Source of the DNA: Haladaptatus halobius
GTDB taxonomy: Archaea > Halobacteriota > Halobacteria > Halobacteriales > Haladaptataceae
Length of the DNA stretch: 24,000 bases
Direction of reading: 5' to 3'
Assembly (NCBI RefSeq): GCF_020618475.1
Contig: NZ_CP085338.1
Span: 343,416 to 367,415 of the forward strand
Below are positions 8,232-16,443 of this stretch, in pieces (position 1 is the first letter of the stretch; each line of letters starts with the position of its first letter). The position numbers were made by a program, and so were the translations under genes. The notes under the pieces were generated by a model. It worked only from the letters and a program-made list of their open reading frames with translations, was not told where the DNA came from and did no database searches.

Positions 8232-8372
8232 CCGCCGATAGCGTGGGCCTGCGGGCCTGCTACCGCGCATAGTTAATAGACGATGACGGCACTATCTCCC
8301 CTCCCTACTCGCTCCCTTCGGTCGCTCGTTGAGGAAGGGGCCTTAGTGCCTCAATTCAGCATTCGGTAGGGT

Positions 8373-8821
8373 GGCGCCTCCTTCCTCACCGAACGAAGTG
8401 AGTCGGGAGGAGAGGAAACCCGTTCGAGAAGGCTTAATACACCCGAAACCGTATGATAATCTACTGCTGCCTTGGCACAAGCCCAAGACAGTAGGTGCCA
8501 TGAGTAAACTGGCACCTGTGGTGCGGGAGTACCGCACCCTATACTCGGGAACGACGACCGCGAACGGGTTCAATTCCCTACCCATCTTGGGTTTGAGCGT
8601 GAGAACACCGGGAATTAAATCGGCGGGACAATCCCGGCCTTCGGTCGGAGTGGGAAGCATCAAACAATGCACCCACGCTGAAGGCAAGGACGGTAAGAGA
8701 AAGCCGGGCCGCGTCCATGCATGGGGTCGCGGGGCACACTGTCGTTGCGGTAAAGCCCCGCCCTCAAGGAGTGACCGACCGCCGCAAGGCGCGAGGAAGC
8801 GAGTAGGGCGGGGTAGTTTAC
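8373..8821 (+). mobile_element. divergent tnpB-less IS1341-type derivative, inverted and head-to-head with the IS; a candidate for a long structured RNA
   Basis: The right end GAGTAGGGCGGGGTAGTTTAC (8801-8821) is the inverted counterpart of GTGAACTACCCCRCCCTRCTC. 8373-8415 (GGCGCCTCCTTCCTCACCGAACGAAGTGAGTCGGGAGGAGAGG) resembles the reverse complement of the IS left end. The interior is full of stem-loops (8461-8494, 8520-8538). The ORFs overlapping it are basic and of low complexity. Confidence 0.5.
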
Positions 8822-9187
8822 GTAAACACCTCGCCTGTATTCACCATGATAGAGGAAAGGTGAATCTGTCTACAATTTCATTGGAAATCAGGTGAAGATT
8901 CACCCCATAATATTTCCTACCTTGAAAGAAAGTGGGTCGAATCTACCGTTCAAAATTACAGAACTGAAGCTAGCATACATATCCCTGAGAGTATGATATA
9001 TGCATTTCTCTGTTTAATAGCTTCTTTTTCTGCGAAGCAAAACTCCTTACTTTCGAATTAGCTTCACTAATTATTCGATATTCGGCTAGATTTTGTCGGC
9101 TTAGCGAAGATAGCGGATGAATACACTTAATATATGGACGGTAGGAGAGTGAATTCTTATTACGTTGGCTGCTAAAGGACAAGTGGT

Positions 9188-9337
9188 ATGCCATTCTCCG
9201 TCGCCGTGCGGCGGTGGTTAGCTGACGATGGTGCCATTATTTATGAGTGTCGTCATTGTGGGACCACAGTTGAATCCACTGAGCACCAGTGTCCCACTTG
9301 TGAGTCAACTGAAATTGTGACGTTCGACATCTCGTGA
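9188..9337 (+). CDS. small CPxCG-related zinc-finger protein (49 aa)
   Basis: Found by hand: MPFSVAVRRWLADDGAIIYECRHCGTTVESTEHQCPTCESTEIVTFDIS*. It has two CxxC knuckles (CRHC, CPTC), as in a zinc ribbon. The stop TGA lies in the GTGAC terminus of the next element. Confidence 0.7.
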   Translation: MPFSVAVRRWLADDGAIIYECRHCGTTVESTEHQCPTCESTEIVTFDIS

Positions 9338-9384
9338 CTCTTCCCCGCCCTCAAGGGCGAGGCTTTCTCCTCGATTCTACGTAA
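9334..9384 (-). mobile_element. ~50-nt mini-MITE (RE terminus, one hairpin and LE terminus) including the flanking GTAA
   Basis: GTGACTCTTCCCCGCCCTCAAGGGCGAGGCTTTCTCCTCGATTCTAC+GTAA aligns end to end with 12082-12134. The hairpin is CCCCGCCC-TCAA-GGGCGAGG (9343-9362). Confidence 0.65.
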
Positions 9385-9765
9385 GTGACATCCTCCCGCG
9401 CCTCAAGACGCGGGCCTCCCACAAGCCGGTCTTGCTGAGTTGGGATGTTTACGGTTCGCACCCCGACGGGGTGCTGGCGATGGCACGTAGCCGGTACTCC
9501 TATCGTATCCGGGAAACGGACGGGACTCGGAGGTACGTGGTTGTTTTATGTCGGTTCGCCGTCCGAGGGCTTACTTGTTTGATGAGGCAAACGCCCAGTC
9601 AACTGCCAGTTTTCGGACTGTCAGAATTCGATGGGGTACCATCGAATCGACACTGAGGGATACGCACGGAGAGCACCTAAGGCTGTACCGTACAGTGAAA
9701 GTAACCAAAGACGGCGATTCATCCACGCCCTCAAGGGCGTGGTATTCTCGCCTGCAATTCTATAA
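9385..9765 (-). mobile_element. MITE of the GTGACA subfamily (tnpB-less)
   Basis: It starts GTGACATCCTCCCGCG..CGCGGGCCTCCCACAA, like 1392-1432. It ends CCGTACAGTGAAAGTAACC..CCACGCCC-TCAA-GGGCGTGG..GCCTGCAATTCTATAA, like 660-748. Only implausible ORFs overlap it. Confidence 0.7.
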
Positions 9766-9781
9766 CCAAACCTGAATTAGG

Positions 9782-10042
9782 TTATGGCGAGGAGGATGTC
9801 GCTTCGATCTCGACGAGATCCTGCCCTGCCTCAACTTCGACTTCATTTTCAACGAAGAATTCGGTTATCTCACCCGGTTGCTCAGCCTTTATTTCGTGAA
9901 AGTTTTTCATCACACCGACGAGGCCGACGACGTCTCCAACGTCGACAGTATCTCCTACTTCTGCGAATATGTCTTCATCTGGATTGGGACGACGATAGAA
10001 GACGCCGGGCATCGGGGATTGAAGTGTTGTTGTTTCAGTCAT
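9782..10042 (-). CDS. biotin carboxyl carrier protein-like biotinyl-domain protein (86 aa)
   Basis: Biotinyl/lipoyl-domain pattern: ..GDTVDVGDVVGLVGVMKNFHEIKAEQPGEITEFFVENEVEVEAGQDLVEIE, with the candidate biotinyl-Lys in VMKN. It carries a 6-aa tail, ATSSSP, after the usual domain end. Confidence 0.8.
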   Translation of the reverse strand: MTETTTLQSPMPGVFYRRPNPDEDIFAEVGDTVDVGDVVGLVGVMKNFHEIKAEQPGEITEFFVENEVEVEAGQDLVEIEATSSSP

Positions 10043-10126
10043 GGTGTATTCTATTGTGGATCTTCAGTATCGATACTCTGGAATCGCTTGTATATGCTTC
10101 GTCCACTCGGCTGGTGTGAACGAATT

Positions 10127-11107
10127 TTATGAGTTATTCTCCTTCGTAACAGAGGAGCGTATCGCCTCAAGGCGGTCAGTGAGATCGTTTCGAGCGGAGA
10201 GTGCTTCGTCGATCGTAACTCCTTCGAACGAGAATGACTGATGCGTTCGATGCTGTGCAAGGCGATTTCGGTCGGGACTGATCACGGTTCCAATCGTCGC
10301 ATAGCCGCCGCCGGTCACTGCGTCTCGCATGAGAACGATCGGCTGTTCTGGAACTTGAATCGACCCAACAGGATATCCGAGATCGACGACGTTCGAGGGA
10401 TCAGTCCCTGCACCGAAGGGCTGTTCCCGCTCGATGAACTCAAGGTCAATTCCGTCGAGGCGGTATCCGACACGGTCAGCCTCTGGCGTCACGGTCCACT
10501 CCGTCTCTAAGAACTCTGCTTTGCTCTCATTGGTGAGGCGGTAGTCGCATAAGCCCATTACCACACGAATTGGATCCATTTCGCTGTATGTCGGGCGGTG
10601 TTCGTCTGGTACTTGGGTGCCAATACTGGCCGAATTACCCCTCGTATCTCCGATTGAGAGTGTATCTCCTTCTTGGAGTTGTCTCCCGTTGTAGCCACCG
10701 ATTCCGATGAGGGTGTAGGTTGATCGACTGTCCATCATGAGCGAAACATCGATCCCTCCGGCGACAGCGAGATAGCTTCGAGCCCCCTCTGTCGCAAAAT
10801 TGAACGAGAGAACATCCCCAGCGTCGATCTGGTTTGTTTCCCAATTGGAAATCGATTCGTCGTTAATGGTTGCCTCCATATCAGCGCCAGCAATCGCAAC
10901 GACGGCGTCCTCCTCGAATTTGAGGTCCGGCCCCTGATACGTGATTTCTAACGTAGCGCTGTTTTCATCATTGCCGACGAGATAGTTCGCGACTTTATGA
11001 GAGAACTGATCCATCGCTCCCGATGGTGGCATTCCGATGTGATAGTGCCCATATCGTCCAAGGTCTTGGACTGTCGTCGAAATTCCTGGTTCTAACACTT
11101 CAATCAT
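10127..11107 (-). CDS. pxpC: 5-oxoprolinase subunit C / allophanate hydrolase subunit 2 (KipA) family, biotin-dependent carboxyltransferase-like
   Basis: The N-terminus MIEVLEPGISTTVQDLGRYGHYHIGMPPSGAMDQFSHKVANYLVGN is characteristic of the AHS2/KipA family. There is an ATGA overlap with the upstream gene. Confidence 0.88.
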   Translation of the reverse strand: MIEVLEPGISTTVQDLGRYGHYHIGMPPSGAMDQFSHKVANYLVGNDENSATLEITYQGPDLKFEEDAVVAIAGADMEATINDESISNWETNQIDAGDVLSFNFATEGARSYLAVAGGIDVSLMMDSRSTYTLIGIGGYNGRQLQEGDTLSIGDTRGNSASIGTQVPDEHRPTYSEMDPIRVVMGLCDYRLTNESKAEFLETEWTVTPEADRVGYRLDGIDLEFIEREQPFGAGTDPSNVVDLGYPVGSIQVPEQPIVLMRDAVTGGGYATIGTVISPDRNRLAQHRTHQSFSFEGVTIDEALSARNDLTDRLEAIRSSVTKENNS

Positions 11108-12009
11108 CCGTATAGCACCTCTATGAGTTCCGCATTGTATGCCTCTGGATCTTCGAAAAATGCCTCCGGCGAGAACGTTATCTCTTCATACCGATACTGG
11201 AACGTCCCATCCTCAATTTCTGCACGAATGTCATCGTATTCACCACGGTCAATCTTTCTGAATTTCATGATATCGCCAGGCTGTGGGAAGACCATCGAAT
11301 CAGCAAAGTCGGAGAGATTCTGCTCTACATCAAGTACTTCAACTGGCGTCCGGCCGAATAGTTGATAGCCTCCTGCCCCTTGAACTGGATAAATCGCCGT
11401 GAATGCTCCCCCATAGCCGACGGCGCGACTGGGTGTGTCGGTTCTTGGTTGGACGTATTTCGGTACTTCAATCTGCTCGTCCCGCGGAACCATCTGAAAC
11501 GTCCACGGAAGTCCAGGCACAAAGCCGATCATGGTCACCATATGCGGTGCACCAGCGTGAGCGTCGATGAATGCCTCGGCGCTCTCGAACCCGTTAATTC
11601 GCGCTGAATACTCCAAATCCGTCGCATCTGGGTCTTGATGGTTCTCTCGGAAGCGCATCAGCGTTTCATGTGTCCATGGATCATCGTAGAGGATGGGAAA
11701 ATCGATAATACGCGTATCCCACTCATACTCAGAGATGTGAATCTCTCGGTCGAGTTCCTTCAACTCGGCAATGAGGGTATCTGGCTCAATCTCTTCCGGA
11801 CTGAAGTGAATTAGATACGATGCATTCGCCGGGCAGACTTCGACCAAGCCCGGCAGATCCGATTCCTGAATCTGTTGGGTGATTGCCATCGCCTTAAAAT
11901 TGGCGTCGAAACTCATCTCCTGGTCGAGTTCGACGAAGACGTAGTCATCGCCACCATATTCGTATCGCGCTGATGGCAACTCCGTTCGCTGAATCTGTTT
12001 TTCTGGCAT
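11104..12009 (-). CDS. pxpB: 5-oxoprolinase subunit B / allophanate hydrolase subunit 1 (KipI) family
   Basis: AHS1-type sequence: YEYGGDDYVFVELDQEMSF..LPGLVEVCPANASYLIHF. I prefer the ATG at 12009 over the GTG at 12024 used in the ORF track. Confidence 0.86.
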   Translation of the reverse strand: MPEKQIQRTELPSARYEYGGDDYVFVELDQEMSFDANFKAMAITQQIQESDLPGLVEVCPANASYLIHFSPEEIEPDTLIAELKELDREIHISEYEWDTRIIDFPILYDDPWTHETLMRFRENHQDPDATDLEYSARINGFESAEAFIDAHAGAPHMVTMIGFVPGLPWTFQMVPRDEQIEVPKYVQPRTDTPSRAVGYGGAFTAIYPVQGAGGYQLFGRTPVEVLDVEQNLSDFADSMVFPQPGDIMKFRKIDRGEYDDIRAEIEDGTFQYRYEEITFSPEAFFEDPEAYNAELIEVLYG

Positions 12010-12081
12010 GCTATGGAAGAACACACCCTGTATGCAAACGTATACTTATCGCCGATTGCTCTTCGGTTGTGATCGTATTGA

Positions 12082-12134
12082 TTGACATACTCCCCGCCCT
12101 GAAGGGCGAGGCTTTGCGCCTGCGATCTCCGTAA
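12082..12134 (-). mobile_element. ~50-nt mini-MITE in the pxpB/accC divergent intergenic region
   Basis: TTGACATACTCCCCGCCCTGAAGGGCGAGGCTTTGCGCCTGCGATCTCC+GTAA aligns with 9334-9384. The hairpin is CCCCGCCC-TGAA-GGGCGAGG (12092-12111). Confidence 0.6.
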
Positions 12135-12260
12135 TCGACCTCCTACGAGTCTGATGAGTAGGCGATTTCACGATTGGAACCAACGACCGTCATGGACAGC
12201 TGTTTACGGCGAGATTCTCTCGCGTTTAAAGATAGCAGACGTCGGTAGGTTGAACTTCGG

Positions 12261-12268
12261 TATTATAT
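12261..12268 (+). promoter_or_regulatory. TATA-box-like element for accC (short or no leader)
   Basis: TATTATAT is centred ~32 nt upstream of the accC ATG at 12296, the usual archaeal TATA-to-TSS spacing. Confidence 0.35.
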
Positions 12269-12295
12269 GCCAGGCTCTCGATTCACCTAGGGACG

Positions 12296-13651
12296 ATGTT
12301 TGATCGAGTATTGATCGCTAATCGGGGTGAAATCGCCGTCCGCATTATACAGGCCTGCCGTGAACTTGGCGTTGAATCAGTGGCAGTCTATAGCGATGCC
12401 GACGAGAATGCACGTCACGTACGACTCGCCGATAATGCGTATCATATTGGGCCGTCAGTTGCTCGTGAGAGCTATTTGAATCCGGAATCCCTGCTCGATG
12501 CTGCACGCAATGCAAATGTCGATGCGATTCATCCAGGATATGGATTTCTCGCTGAGAGCACGTCATTCGCAACTGCGGTCGAAGACAGTGATTTCGTTTG
12601 GATTGGCCCTCCAAGCGACGTCATGGAGCGGTTTGGCGAGAAAACGAAAGCGCGGGCAATTATGCAACAGGCCGATGTCCCGATTGTTCCTGGCACCACA
12701 GAACCAGTCTCCGACGTCGAAGAGATACAACGATTTGCCGACGAACACGGGTATCCGATTGCGATCAAAGCAGACGGTGGCGGTGGCGGTCGTGGACTCA
12801 AGGTCGTTCATGAAGAACAAAATATTGAGGAACAGTTCACGAGTGCTCAACGGGAAGGAGACGCGTATTTTGACAACTCAAACGTGTATGTCGAGCGCTT
12901 TCTAGAACAGCCGCGCCACATCGAAGTCCAAATTCTATGTGATAAACACGGGAACGTCCTGGATCTCGGGGAACGCGACTGTAGTATTCAACGGCGACAA
13001 CAGAAGCTCATCGAAGAGACACCAAGTCCAGCACTGACTGAGGAAGAGCGAGAGCAGATTCGACGTGCTGCCCGTCGCGGTGCCGACGAGGCAGGGTACG
13101 TCAATGCTGGGACGGTAGAGTTCCTCTATGAGGATGGAGAGTTCTATTTCCTGGAGGTGAATGCCCGAATCCAAGTCGAGCACCCCATCTCCGAGATCGT
13201 CACTGGACTCGATCTCGTCCAATGGCAACTCAAAATCGCTGCAGGAGAGACACTATCGTTTGACCAAGAAGAGCTTCAAACACACGGCACCGCGATGGAA
13301 TTCCGAATCAATGCAGAAGACCCACACGAGGAGTTCGCTCCGATGCCAGGAACGGTCGAGCGTTACCATCCGCCTCGTGGAATCGGAACTCGTGTTGACG
13401 ACGGAATTGACCAAGGAGACACCATTAGCCCGCATTACGATTCCCTCATCGCCAAATTCATCGTCTCCGGGGAAGATCGAACACAACTTCTCCGACGGGG
13501 AAAGCGAGTGCTTCAAGAAGCGGAAATCAGGGGGATTCCCTCAACTATCCCATTCCATTTGGCGATGCTCAACGACGATGCTTTCAACGATGGTGAATAT
13601 TCGACGAAGTACGTCGACGAGGTGTTCAGCATGCCCTCAGAAGATGAGTAG
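12296..13651 (+). CDS. accC: biotin carboxylase (ATP-grasp) subunit
   Basis: [56 protein letters not shown].. is canonical biotin carboxylase across all 451 aa. Confidence 0.95.
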   Translation: MFDRVLIANRGEIAVRIIQACRELGVESVAVYSDADENARHVRLADNAYHIGPSVARESYLNPESLLDAARNANVDAIHPGYGFLAESTSFATAVEDSDFVWIGPPSDVMERFGEKTKARAIMQQADVPIVPGTTEPVSDVEEIQRFADEHGYPIAIKADGGGGGRGLKVVHEEQNIEEQFTSAQREGDAYFDNSNVYVERFLEQPRHIEVQILCDKHGNVLDLGERDCSIQRRQQKLIEETPSPALTEEEREQIRRAARRGADEAGYVNAGTVEFLYEDGEFYFLEVNARIQVEHPISEIVTGLDLVQWQLKIAAGETLSFDQEELQTHGTAMEFRINAEDPHEEFAPMPGTVERYHPPRGIGTRVDDGIDQGDTISPHYDSLIAKFIVSGEDRTQLLRRGKRVLQEAEIRGIPSTIPFHLAMLNDDAFNDGEYSTKYVDEVFSMPSEDE

Positions 13652-13906
13652 TGAACTACCCCGCCCTGCTCGGCCTGATGGCCTCGATGAGGACGGAGCT
13701 TGCTGTTTCGACAACGCACGTTGCAGACACAACGATATCCGTAAGGAGCGCAGTCTTCACAGGCGTTGATTCGGAGCGTCCCACTCCGAACTTCTCAGGT
13801 AAAGCGGCCAAAGGGGATTCGATGGCGAGTGGACTACCCCACCCTACTCGCTCACCGCTGACGCAGCTTGCTCCGTGAGGAAGTGGACTTAGCGCCTGAA
13901 AACAGT
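13651..13906 (-). mobile_element. internally deleted (tnpB-less) copy of the IS at 6812-8346, with both end regions present
   Basis: 13651-13775 is about 80 percent identical by eye to 6812-6935. The minus-strand reading still shows a TnpB C-terminal remnant, ESTPVKTALLTDIVVSATCVVETASSVLIEAIRPSRAG, against DSMPAETALPTDTVVSAKRVVETGSPVCSEAVRPSRVG in the IS. 13829-13888 matches the IS left end. The right boundary is uncertain. Confidence 0.8.
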
Positions 13907-13922
13907 TATATCCCAACTGCTC

Positions 13923-14684
13923 CTACGCGATTTCGGTCAGTGATACGAGTTGGATATCGTGTTCATTAACCTGCTCATGAATCGTTTCGAGGAGTTCGAC
14001 GGCGTTTGGGCCATCGCCATGAATACAGATACTCTGGGCAGGAACATCGATCATTTCCCCGTTTTCGGCTTCGACTTCACCATCGAGTGCGATATCAAGG
14101 AACCGTTGGGCGATACGATCTGGGTCTTTCGGTTCCATTTGCTGCTCGACAATCAGACTTCGATCTGGCCGATAGGTTAGATCGACGTATCCCTCGAAGA
14201 CTGAGCGAAGCTCATCATACTCCTGTGCAACCTCGTAGATATTCATATCTGTCGCGAGATAGATGAGATCCTCGTTCACATCAAGAATTCCTTCCATCAC
14301 CGCGCGAGCGTGATCGTCGCTCTCAGAGAGCATCGAGTACATTGCACCATGCGGTTTGACGTGTTGCACTGTTGTCCCGTGTTGCTCGGCAAAGGCTTGA
14401 AGCGCCCCTAACTGATAGATGACGTAATCCTGAATCTCATCAGGACTCGCATCCATCGTTCGCCGTCCAAACCCCATTTTATCCGGAAGACCTGGGTGAA
14501 TACCGATGCCAACATTCTGTTCGACAGCGAGGGCAACGGTGTCGTTCATTACATGCGGATCTCCTGCGTGGTACCCCCCTGCGATGTTGGCCGAGGTGAT
14601 GTATGGCATTACTTCATCATCCCGCCCCATTTTCCAGTTTCCAAAGCTTTCTCCCATATCACAGTTGATGTCGATTGTTACCAT
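13923..14684 (-). CDS. pxpA: 5-oxoprolinase subunit A (LamB/YcsF family lactam-utilisation protein)
   Basis: [43 protein letters not shown].. is the LamB/YcsF signature N-terminus. Length is 253 aa. Confidence 0.92.
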   Translation of the reverse strand: MVTIDINCDMGESFGNWKMGRDDEVMPYITSANIAGGYHAGDPHVMNDTVALAVEQNVGIGIHPGLPDKMGFGRRTMDASPDEIQDYVIYQLGALQAFAEQHGTTVQHVKPHGAMYSMLSESDDHARAVMEGILDVNEDLIYLATDMNIYEVAQEYDELRSVFEGYVDLTYRPDRSLIVEQQMEPKDPDRIAQRFLDIALDGEVEAENGEMIDVPAQSICIHGDGPNAVELLETIHEQVNEHDIQLVSLTEIA

Positions 14685-14833
14685 GGTGGATACGTAGGTG
14701 GAGAAAGAGAAATAGCTTCGGTCGTCCGGTGGTGTTGGCCGGTTCGTTAGTAGTCAATACTAACGTTTCTCATGCTCAAATTCGATTGAGATCAAGACTA
14801 ATTCTACGCGCTGAAGCCTTGAGAAGTGATAAT

Positions 14834-16252
14834 ATGGCAAGTAACGTATTTCCCCCTGGTTTCCGTAGTATGCGTATGAGCCCCACACCGCCGATACAGG
14901 ATCTCCATTTCACTGATGCACCTGCTGTTGATCGTGTCCCCGGGCCTCGCTCGCAAAAACTGCTGCAGAAGCAGACAGAAATCGATAGTCGTGCTGTCGC
15001 CTATCCAAAAAGCGTCCCGATAGCCATTGAGGAAGCAAAAGGAGCAACGATCCGGGATGTCGATGGGAATCTGTTTCTCGATTTCTTTGCCGGTATCGGC
15101 GTCCTGAACGTCGGCCACTCAAATCCATACGTCCTCGATGCAGTTCAGGAACAGACCAAAAAACTCGTTCACACAATCGACTTCCCAACCGAAGCACGAC
15201 TTGACCTCATTGAAAAACTAAACGAAATTGCACCCGGTGACCTTCCAGACAACAACCGAGTTGTCTTTGGTGGGCCGACTGGGAGTGATGCAATCGAAGC
15301 CACGCTCAAAATCGCGAAGTACAACATCGCGAAGTACAACACAGGAAACACGGGACTCATCGAATTCCGGGGTGCGTACCATGGTGCGACGTCTGGCGCA
15401 CTGAGCATTGGCGGCGGACGAAAGTACAAGGAAGCGTATGAACCATTGCTTCCCAATGTGTATCATGTTCCGTATCCCTATCCATTCCGCCAGGGACTTT
15501 CTGACGAAGAGACATGTGAACGTGCGCTTGCTAATGTTCATGAACTAATCGAAGATCCGTATAGTGGTATCGCTGATCCAGCTGGTGTGTGGGTCGAGCC
15601 AATTCAGGGAGAGGGAGGTGTTGTCACACCACCGGATGGATTCCTCCGCGGATTGAAGAAAATCACGACAGAAAACGAGATTCCGCTCATCGTCGACGAA
15701 ATCCAAACAGGATTCGGTCGAACCGGCCAGTGGTTTGCGACCGAATGGGAGGACGTGACGCCGGATATCATGCCGATGGCGAAGGCGATCGGTGGCATCG
15801 GACTTCCATTATCTGCGACTATGTACCGGGAAGAATTGGATACATGGGAAGCCGGTGGACATGTCGGAACTTATCGTGGTAACGTCCCAGCGATGCGTGC
15901 AGGCATTCGAGCGATCGAGTACATTCAAGAGCACGACTTGCTCGCTCACGCCCGCGACGTGGGGTCATACATACAACGTCGATTCCAGGACGTTGCTGAT
16001 GAGACGCCACGTATTGGCGATATTCGAGGAAAGGGGCTGTTCATCGGCGCCGAGTTCGTTGACGAAAATGGACAGCCAAACAAACCTCTTGTGAAAGCGA
16101 TTCAGCAATACTGCTACGAACGAGGAGTCTTGGTCTGGACTGCTGGTCGAAACGGAAATGTCCTCCGAATCATACCACCGCTTGTTATCACGGAGGAACA
16201 GGCTGAGACAGGAATGGATGTCGTTATCGACGCTATCAAAACCCATGCTTGA
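14834..16252 (+). CDS. class-III (omega-amino acid) pyridoxal-phosphate aminotransferase, GabT/diaminobutyrate-transaminase-like
   Basis: ..[72 protein letters not shown].. I chose the ATG at 14834. The track start at 14675 adds a basic 53-aa extension that overlaps pxpA. Confidence 0.9.
   Translation: MASNVFPPGFRSMRMSPTPPIQDLHFTDAPAVDRVPGPRSQKLLQKQTEIDSRAVAYPKSVPIAIEEAKGATIRDVDGNLFLDFFAGIGVLNVGHSNPYVLDAVQEQTKKLVHTIDFPTEARLDLIEKLNEIAPGDLPDNNRVVFGGPTGSDAIEATLKIAKYNIAKYNTGNTGLIEFRGAYHGATSGALSIGGGRKYKEAYEPLLPNVYHVPYPYPFRQGLSDEETCERALANVHELIEDPYSGIADPAGVWVEPIQGEGGVVTPPDGFLRGLKKITTENEIPLIVDEIQTGFGRTGQWFATEWEDVTPDIMPMAKAIGGIGLPLSATMYREELDTWEAGGHVGTYRGNVPAMRAGIRAIEYIQEHDLLAHARDVGSYIQRRFQDVADETPRIGDIRGKGLFIGAEFVDENGQPNKPLVKAIQQYCYERGVLVWTAGRNGNVLRIIPPLVITEEQAETGMDVVIDAIKTHA
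15311..15340 (+). repeat. perfect in-frame 15-bp tandem duplication inside the aminotransferase gene
   Basis: ATCGCGAAGTACAAC occurs twice in direct succession (15311-15325 and 15326-15340) and encodes [10 protein letters not shown]. Confidence 0.95.
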
Positions 16253-16261
16253 CGGGCTACA

Positions 16262-16443
16262 TGGTTGAGTGTCCATCCAGTAGGAGTGGGACACTCCGAA
16301 CCCCCCGTCAAGGGAAATCGCCTGCGGAGTCTGAAACCGCTGTGGGACAGGTTCCTGCACGGTCCAACAACAGAAACAGGAAGCTCCGTCCGCAACAAGT
16401 GAGGGCCGGGTAGGCCCGAACGCGGTAGAGCGGAGTAGTTCAC
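16262..16443 (+). mobile_element. orphan right-end (omega-RNA-like) fragment of the GTGAAC subfamily, plus-strand sense; the left boundary is uncertain
   Basis: The reverse complement starts GTGAACTACTCCGCTCTACCG..ACGGAGCTTCCTGTTTC..TTCGGAGTGTCCCACTCC and aligns with 13651-13795. The plus-strand reading retains ETGSSVRNK, against VETGSPVCSE in TnpB. I found no LE-like end. Confidence 0.65.

Larger units (their letters stand above)
6812..8346 (-). mobile_element. intact IS1341-type (IS200/IS605 family, tnpA-less) insertion sequence carrying a DUF2080-like ORF and tnpB
   Basis: The right end GTGAACTACCCCACCCTGCTCGG at 6812 recurs at 422 and 13651 and, inverted, at 16443. The left-end region 8291-8342 (..CCCTACTCGCTC..GAGGAAGGGGCC) recurs at 13829-13888. 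The outer LE boundary lies somewhere in 8342-8360 and is not resolved. Confidence 0.85.

Noticed and set aside
8566-8578. T-loop-like GGGTTCAATTCCC suggesting a tRNA
   Set aside because: Only a 3-bp stem can form, and there is no acceptor stem, D-arm or anticodon arm around it.
8373-8821. Possibility that the structured region is RNase P RNA or SRP (7S) RNA
   Set aside because: I could not find the universally conserved RNase P P4 sequence (GAGGAAAGUCC; only GAGGAAACCCG is present) or a recognisable SRP helix-8 motif. Both ends instead match IS termini.
8343-8895. 174-aa (+) and 114-aa (-) ORFs covering the structured element
   Set aside because: The translations are basic, Arg/Pro/Gly-rich and unlike the acidic proteins elsewhere in the window. 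They overlap an IS-end-bounded repeat, so I treat them as non-coding.
14675-14833. N-terminal extension of the aminotransferase ORF (track start 14675)
   Set aside because: The extension is highly basic ([15 protein letters not shown]..) and overlaps the pxpA start on the other strand. Homology-like sequence begins after the ATG at 14834.
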